Shown here one piece after another: positions 59,759 to 64,000 of a DNA stretch of 64,000 nucleotides (positions within the stretch are counted from its first letter, which is position 1; every line of letters begins with the position of its first letter). The position numbers and the translations under genes were made by a program. The notes under the pieces are model-generated. The model was not told the DNA's origin, ran no database searches, and saw only the letters and a program-made list of their open reading frames with translations. The stretch is from an uncultured archaeon (GTDB taxonomy: Archaea; Iainarchaeota; Iainarchaeia; Iainarchaeales; GCA-2688035): the NCBI GenBank assembly GCA_964354805.1, contig CAYHBD010000028.1:3186-67185 (forward strand), given 5' to 3'.

Positions 59759-62700
59759 ATGCTTGGCGTTGATTCAAAGGAAGCAAATATCCTGTGGTTC
59801 AGGCAGATTGGGAAAGAGGACATTCCCGTTGTTGGGGGAAAGGGCGCGAATCTGGGCGAAATGGCGAACAACAATTTTCCTGTTCCGCCTGGCTTTGTTG
59901 TAACTGCAAAGGCATACTTCCGCTATTTGCTTGAAACAGGCATCAAGGACAAGGTAATCAAAACAGCTGACGCAATTGATATTGAAAACAACGAGCAGCT
60001 GCAGGCTGAAAGCGAAAAAATAAGGGAACTGATCAAGAGAACAAAAATGGGCATCCCCCTTGCAAACGAAATAAAGAAGGCATACACGCAATTGTGCGAG
60101 AAAAGGCTTGCATGGCTTACAAGCAGCGAGGAAGAGTTTGTTGCAGTGAGAAGCAGCGCAACGGCAGAGGATCTGCCAAGCATTAGTGAAAATGAACAGG
60201 TGCTGGTAAAGGTTAATGGAAAGCCAATGTATGACAGGATCGGCAGTGTGTACGAAAAAATTGCAAGCAGCACAAATCCCAAAATAGAAGTCCCTGGCAT
60301 GGAAGGCAATAAAGTCGAATGGCTGAGGGCAAAGAGCTTGTTCAGGCACAAGGCAAATAATGGCACGTTGTTTAAAATAACCACTGCAACAGGCAGACAA
60401 ATCGTGGTTTCGCCAAATCATTCGCTGATTGCTTTGGATGAAGACAGGCTTGAACCAAAAACAGTGAATATTTCTGAAATAGGCAAAGGAACAAGGTTGC
60501 CGGTGATTGGCCTCATTCCTTCACTGAATTGCGAAGAGACAATTAGGGCATTGGATTTTGTGAAAGGCACTGATGTAACTGAATGGCAAGGCAGGGTGAT
60601 GATTAAAAACCGCTCTTCCAATTGGAAGATTCAAAATGGCTTGCCAAAAGAAATAAAGGTCACGAAAGGGTTTGCTTATTTTTTGGGGCACTATGCAGCC
60701 GAAGGCAGCACCTACAAAAATAATGGCATTTCAATAACAAACAGCAATTTCAAAATATTGGAGAAGATTGAAAGCGTATTAAGAAAACTGGGAATTTACA
60801 ACAAGTCAAAGATCAACAAGTATTCGGTCCGGGCTTATTGCCCTTCAATGGTTAGATTTTTGCATGAAACAAGCGGAAAGCCGATTGAAGGAAAAAAAGG
60901 CAAAGGAAAATTGTGTGCAACGAAAAGAGTCCCGGATTTCGCGTTTGGGTGGAGTAAAAAAAATATTGCTGCATTCTTGAGAGGCTGCTTTGACGGCGAT
61001 GGAACGGTTGGCAAGGGTGGCGTTTCATATTGCACTACCTCGGAGATGTTGGCAGGTGGCATGTTTAAATTGCTGGAAATTCTCGGGTTTGGCTTTTATG
61101 TAACCAAAAAGAAAAACTTTTTTGTTATAAGCATTCCACTGCATGAAACCGAAAAATTCAACAACTTGGTTGGCTTTGAAGATGAGGGCAAAAAAAACAA
61201 AATAAAACAATTAATAAAAGACTACAGGGCAAGGGAAAAACACCCTGAATTCAAGTATGGCATAACTATTTCAGAGAAGTTAGCGGAAAAGATAATGGAA
61301 GCTATTGGAAAAAAACTGCAAAAACAAGATGTTGAAATAGCCGTATGCAAAAAATGCGGTCAAAACGCTGAGCAGTCAAGCTATTACAAAAACAAAAAGC
61401 GGTACTATTGCATAAACTGCAAAAAAACCATGTACCAAGAAGGCGTACAACTCATTAAAACAAAGAAATATGTCTACTTCAATGAAAAAGGGCAATTCAA
61501 AAAGAGCATGATTCCTTGGAATTACGGGCACATGCAGGGAAAGCATAGCTTGAATGCGTTAAAAAGAAAAACAAAAAGATATGGGTTGGAAAACCTATTC
61601 GAAATATTTGAAGGAACGGTAAAATGGGATGAGATAAAAGAAATTACCCCAATAAAATATGACGGATTTGTTTACGATTTTGTTGTGCCAAGCACTGAAA
61701 ACTTTGCAGCTGGCTTTGGGGGCATCATAACCCACAACTCTGCTTCTTTTGCGGGCCAACAGGAAACCTTTTTGAACATCAAGGGGCAGAATGCGGTTGT
61801 TGATGCAGTGCAGAGATGCTGGGCTTCTTTGTTCACAGCAAGGGCAATCTATTACAGGAAAAGGAACAATTTTGAAACAGAAAAGGTCGGCATTGCGGTT
61901 GTTGTGCAGAAAATGGTTGACAGCAAAATAAGCGGGGTAATGTTCACTGCCAACCCCATAGGAGACGAAACAATGATGGTTATTGAGGCTGTTTTTGGAT
62001 TGGGGGAAACTATTGTAAGCGGCAGCGTTACTCCGGACAATTACATTGTTGACAAAGGGAGTATGAGGCTGCTGCAGAAGCAGATTCACTCGCAGGAATT
62101 CAAGCTTGTCAGGGAGGGAAAAGAAAATGTGCGGGAAAAGCTGCCTCCCGCCATTGCAAGAAAGCAGAAGCTGCCTGACAAAACAATAATTGAATTGGCA
62201 AAGCTTGGGAAGCAGATTGAATCGCATTACAAGCAGCCGCAGGATATTGAGTGGGCGATTGAGGAAAAGCAGTTGCTGATTGTGCAAAGCAGGCCGATTA
62301 CAACCCTTGGATTGAAGGAAAAGGTTGTTGCCGCAGAGAAAAGAAAAAAGCAAATGCACGAACTGGAAGACAAGATTATTTTGAGGGGCCTTGCGGCTTC
62401 CCCCGGAACTGGAACAGGGAAAGCGAGGATTGTTTTGAATGCAAGCCAGATCGGCAAAATAAGCAAGGGCGATGTTCTGGTTGCAAAAATGACTACTCCT
62501 GATTGGGTTCCGGCAATGCGAAAAAGCAGCGCAATTATTACTGACGAAGGCGGAGTAACATGCCATGCCGCAATAGTCAGCAGGGAGCTTGGAATTCCCT
62601 GTGTTGTTGGAACAGAGAAGGCAACCGGCATAATTGAGGATAACGAAATTGTCACAGTGAACGGCTTTGATGGCGTGGTTTACAAGGGCATTATTGAAAT

Positions 62701-63910
62701 AGAGAAGCCTATTGAGGAAAAGGCAGCAGTTATTGAGAAAGAGGATGTTGACAAATTGGAGAAAGCGCTTGAAAGGGAGCTAAAAGAGGGAGAAAAGCAC
62801 CTGCCTGGAAAAGCCGCTGTTGCTGTTGAAGAGATTGCTGAAAGAGTGAAAGAGGAAAAAGACTGGGAGCAGAGGGTTGCAGAGGAAAGGGCTGAAGTGC
62901 GGGAAAAAGTTGCTGCTGAAGCACAGGAACTGGTGGAGGAATACGGCGCTGTCAGGGCAGAGGAAATGCCTGCCGCTGAATTGCTGCAGGAAGAGGAAAA
63001 GCTGGTGGATTTGCTGCGCACTATTGCTGTAAAGGTCAAGGTAAATGTTGCCTTGCCTGATGCTGCAGAGCAGGCTGCCGCAACAGGCGCTGATGGCGTT
63101 GGATTGTTGAGGGCTGAGCACATGATTACTGCTGCGGGAAAGCACCCTGCTGAATTCATCAGGGAGGGCGAAGAAGAGGAACTGGTTAAAGCAGTGCATG
63201 ATGGAATAAAGCAGGTTGCTGAACGATTCAAGGGAAAACCGGTTTGGTACAGGACATTTGATGCACGCTCAGATGAATTTAGGGAGCTGAAAGGCGGTGA
63301 AAAGGAACCGCACGAGGACAACCCAATGCTCGGATGGCATGGGATAAGAAGAGATTTGGATGAGCCTGCTTTGCTCAGGGCGCAGTTTAAGGCAATAAGA
63401 GAACTGGTTGAAGAAGGCTTTGACAATCTTGGGGTAATGCTGCCGTTTGTTCAAAGCGTTGAGGAACTGAGAAAAGCCAAGGAAATTGCTGCTGAAAGTG
63501 GTTTAGAGAGGGAAAAAGTGCGCTTTGGAGTAATGATTGAAACACCTGCAGCGGTCTGGTCAATTGACGAATTAATAAAAGAAGGAATTGATTTCGTCAG
63601 CTTTGGAACAAACGATTTGACACAACTCACACTTGGAATTGACAGGAACAACGAAAAAATCCAGAAACTCTTCAGCGAGCTGCACCCTGCAATTCTGCGG
63701 CAGCTGCGCTATGTCATAAAAAAATGCAAGAAGGCAGGCGTGCAGACAAGCATCTGCGGGCAGGCAGGGAGCAACAAAGAAATGGTCAGGCAGCTGGTGC
63801 GCTATGGCATTGACAGCGTTTCAGCAAACATTGACGCAGTCGAAGAAATAAGGCGAACTGTCCTGATTGAGGAAAAAAAGCTGATTCTGGACAAGGAGCA
63901 TAAAAAATAG
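59759..63910 (+). CDS. ppsA: phosphoenolpyruvate synthase interrupted by a 520-aa intein
   Basis: ATP-grasp VVGGKGANLGEM. AVRSSATAEDLP | intein | SASFAGQQETFLN. Swivel GGVTCHAAIVSRELGIPCVVGT. PEP-binding GLLRAEHM, FGTNDLTQ, ICGQAG. 1383 aa in total. Confidence 0.92.
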   Translation: MLGVDSKEANILWFRQIGKEDIPVVGGKGANLGEMANNNFPVPPGFVVTAKAYFRYLLETGIKDKVIKTADAIDIENNEQLQAESEKIRELIKRTKMGIPLANEIKKAYTQLCEKRLAWLTSSEEEFVAVRSSATAEDLPSISENEQVLVKVNGKPMYDRIGSVYEKIASSTNPKIEVPGMEGNKVEWLRAKSLFRHKANNGTLFKITTATGRQIVVSPNHSLIALDEDRLEPKTVNISEIGKGTRLPVIGLIPSLNCEETIRALDFVKGTDVTEWQGRVMIKNRSSNWKIQNGLPKEIKVTKGFAYFLGHYAAEGSTYKNNGISITNSNFKILEKIESVLRKLGIYNKSKINKYSVRAYCPSMVRFLHETSGKPIEGKKGKGKLCATKRVPDFAFGWSKKNIAAFLRGCFDGDGTVGKGGVSYCTTSEMLAGGMFKLLEILGFGFYVTKKKNFFVISIPLHETEKFNNLVGFEDEGKKNKIKQLIKDYRAREKHPEFKYGITISEKLAEKIMEAIGKKLQKQDVEIAVCKKCGQNAEQSSYYKNKKRYYCINCKKTMYQEGVQLIKTKKYVYFNEKGQFKKSMIPWNYGHMQGKHSLNALKRKTKRYGLENLFEIFEGTVKWDEIKEITPIKYDGFVYDFVVPSTENFAAGFGGIITHNSASFAGQQETFLNIKGQNAVVDAVQRCWASLFTARAIYYRKRNNFETEKVGIAVVVQKMVDSKISGVMFTANPIGDETMMVIEAVFGLGETIVSGSVTPDNYIVDKGSMRLLQKQIHSQEFKLVREGKENVREKLPPAIARKQKLPDKTIIELAKLGKQIESHYKQPQDIEWAIEEKQLLIVQSRPITTLGLKEKVVAAEKRKKQMHELEDKIILRGLAASPGTGTGKARIVLNASQIGKISKGDVLVAKMTTPDWVPAMRKSSAIITDEGGVTCHAAIVSRELGIPCVVGTEKATGIIEDNEIVTVNGFDGVVYKGIIEIEKPIEEKAAVIEKEDVDKLEKALERELKEGEKHLPGKAAVAVEEIAERVKEEKDWEQRVAEERAEVREKVAAEAQELVEEYGAVRAEEMPAAELLQEEEKLVDLLRTIAVKVKVNVALPDAAEQAAATGADGVGLLRAEHMITAAGKHPAEFIREGEEEELVKAVHDGIKQVAERFKGKPVWYRTFDARSDEFRELKGGEKEPHEDNPMLGWHGIRRDLDEPALLRAQFKAIRELVEEGFDNLGVMLPFVQSVEELRKAKEIAAESGLEREKVRFGVMIETPAAVWSIDELIKEGIDFVSFGTNDLTQLTLGIDRNNEKIQKLFSELHPAILRQLRYVIKKCKKAGVQTSICGQAGSNKEMVRQLVRYGIDSVSANIDAVEEIRRTVLIEEKKLILDKEHKK
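60179..61738 (+). mobile_element. Ser1 intein with LAGLIDADG homing-endonuclease domain and an embedded CxxC..CxxC zinc ribbon
   Basis: Starts SISENEQVLVKV. Block B VSPNHSL. LAGLIDADG helices FAYFLGHYAAEGS and IAAFLRGCFDGDGTV. CKKCGQ..CINCKK. Ends GFVYDFVV..GGIITHN, followed by the +1 Ser. Confidence 0.85.
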
Positions 63911-63943
63911 TTAAATAACCTTTTTGGCGAAAATTGTTTCTTA

Positions 63944-64000
63944 TGCTGCAACTGGATTTGGGCAAAGCCGTTGAAGAAATAAAGAAAAGGAAAGCAAAAA
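63944..64000 (+). CDS. 5' end of a gene running off the window (possibly diphthamide synthase Dph2)
   Basis: MLQLDLGKAVEEIKKRKAK.. resembles the Dph2 N-terminal pattern (..IkkrgakrV.lQfPeGL), but only 19 aa are visible. Confidence 0.3.

Noticed and set aside
61595-63426. Minus-strand ORFs of 323 and 248 aa inside ppsA
   Set aside because: They are antisense to a gene whose product shows every PpsA and intein block. They show no independent signals.
1-64000. Diversity-generating retroelement, transposon/IS, integrase, CRISPR-Cas or known multi-gene defence systems
   Set aside because: No ORF shows reverse-transcriptase (YxDD), DDE/HUH transposase, tyrosine or serine recombinase, or Cas signatures. 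The only long-range repeats seen are the short ones reported.

Overview
Archaeal chromosomal segment with about 65 protein genes and two intron-containing tRNAs. I saw no rRNA, CRISPR array, transposase or reverse transcriptase. Archaeal identity rests on MCM, Topo VI A/B, aIF1A, aIF2-beta, Rio1 plus a KH/Dim2-like gene, L10e, DUF63/DUF424-type genes, TATA-like boxes and GGAGGTGAT-type ribosome-binding sites. The mix of compact housekeeping genes, large Cys-rich surface proteins and many orphan membrane proteins suggests a small-genome uncultivated archaeon, but that is inference only. Core content: adk, PfkB kinase, SAH hydrolase, KaiC-like ATPase, ScpA, MetRS, HIT, S2P protease, presenilin-like protease, acetyl-CoA synthetase, membrane pyrophosphatase, Mre11-like nuclease, inositol-1-P synthase plus a CDP-alcohol transferase, a cysteine-synthase-like enzyme, VapBC, and PEP synthase. 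Unusual content: (1) an AT-rich five-gene island (54.6-59.7 kb) with a transmembrane zincin / zinc-finger / transglutaminase-like protein, two membrane partners and a PIN-like two-gene module; (2) two tRNAs with related ~70-nt introns that share a hairpin module with the tRNA flanks; (3) four LAGLIDADG domains, one as a 520-aa intein in ppsA and three free-standing; (4) an ~85-nt multi-helix intergenic element; (5) short tandem duplications of gene 3' ends at three loci; (6) a cluster of GCGAAGC mini-hairpin motifs; (7) an apparently split ThiI; (8) an operon joining a membrane-anchored HAD phosphatase to an orphan PEP-utilizer swivel-domain protein. All family assignments come from motif reading by eye. 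No database search was possible.
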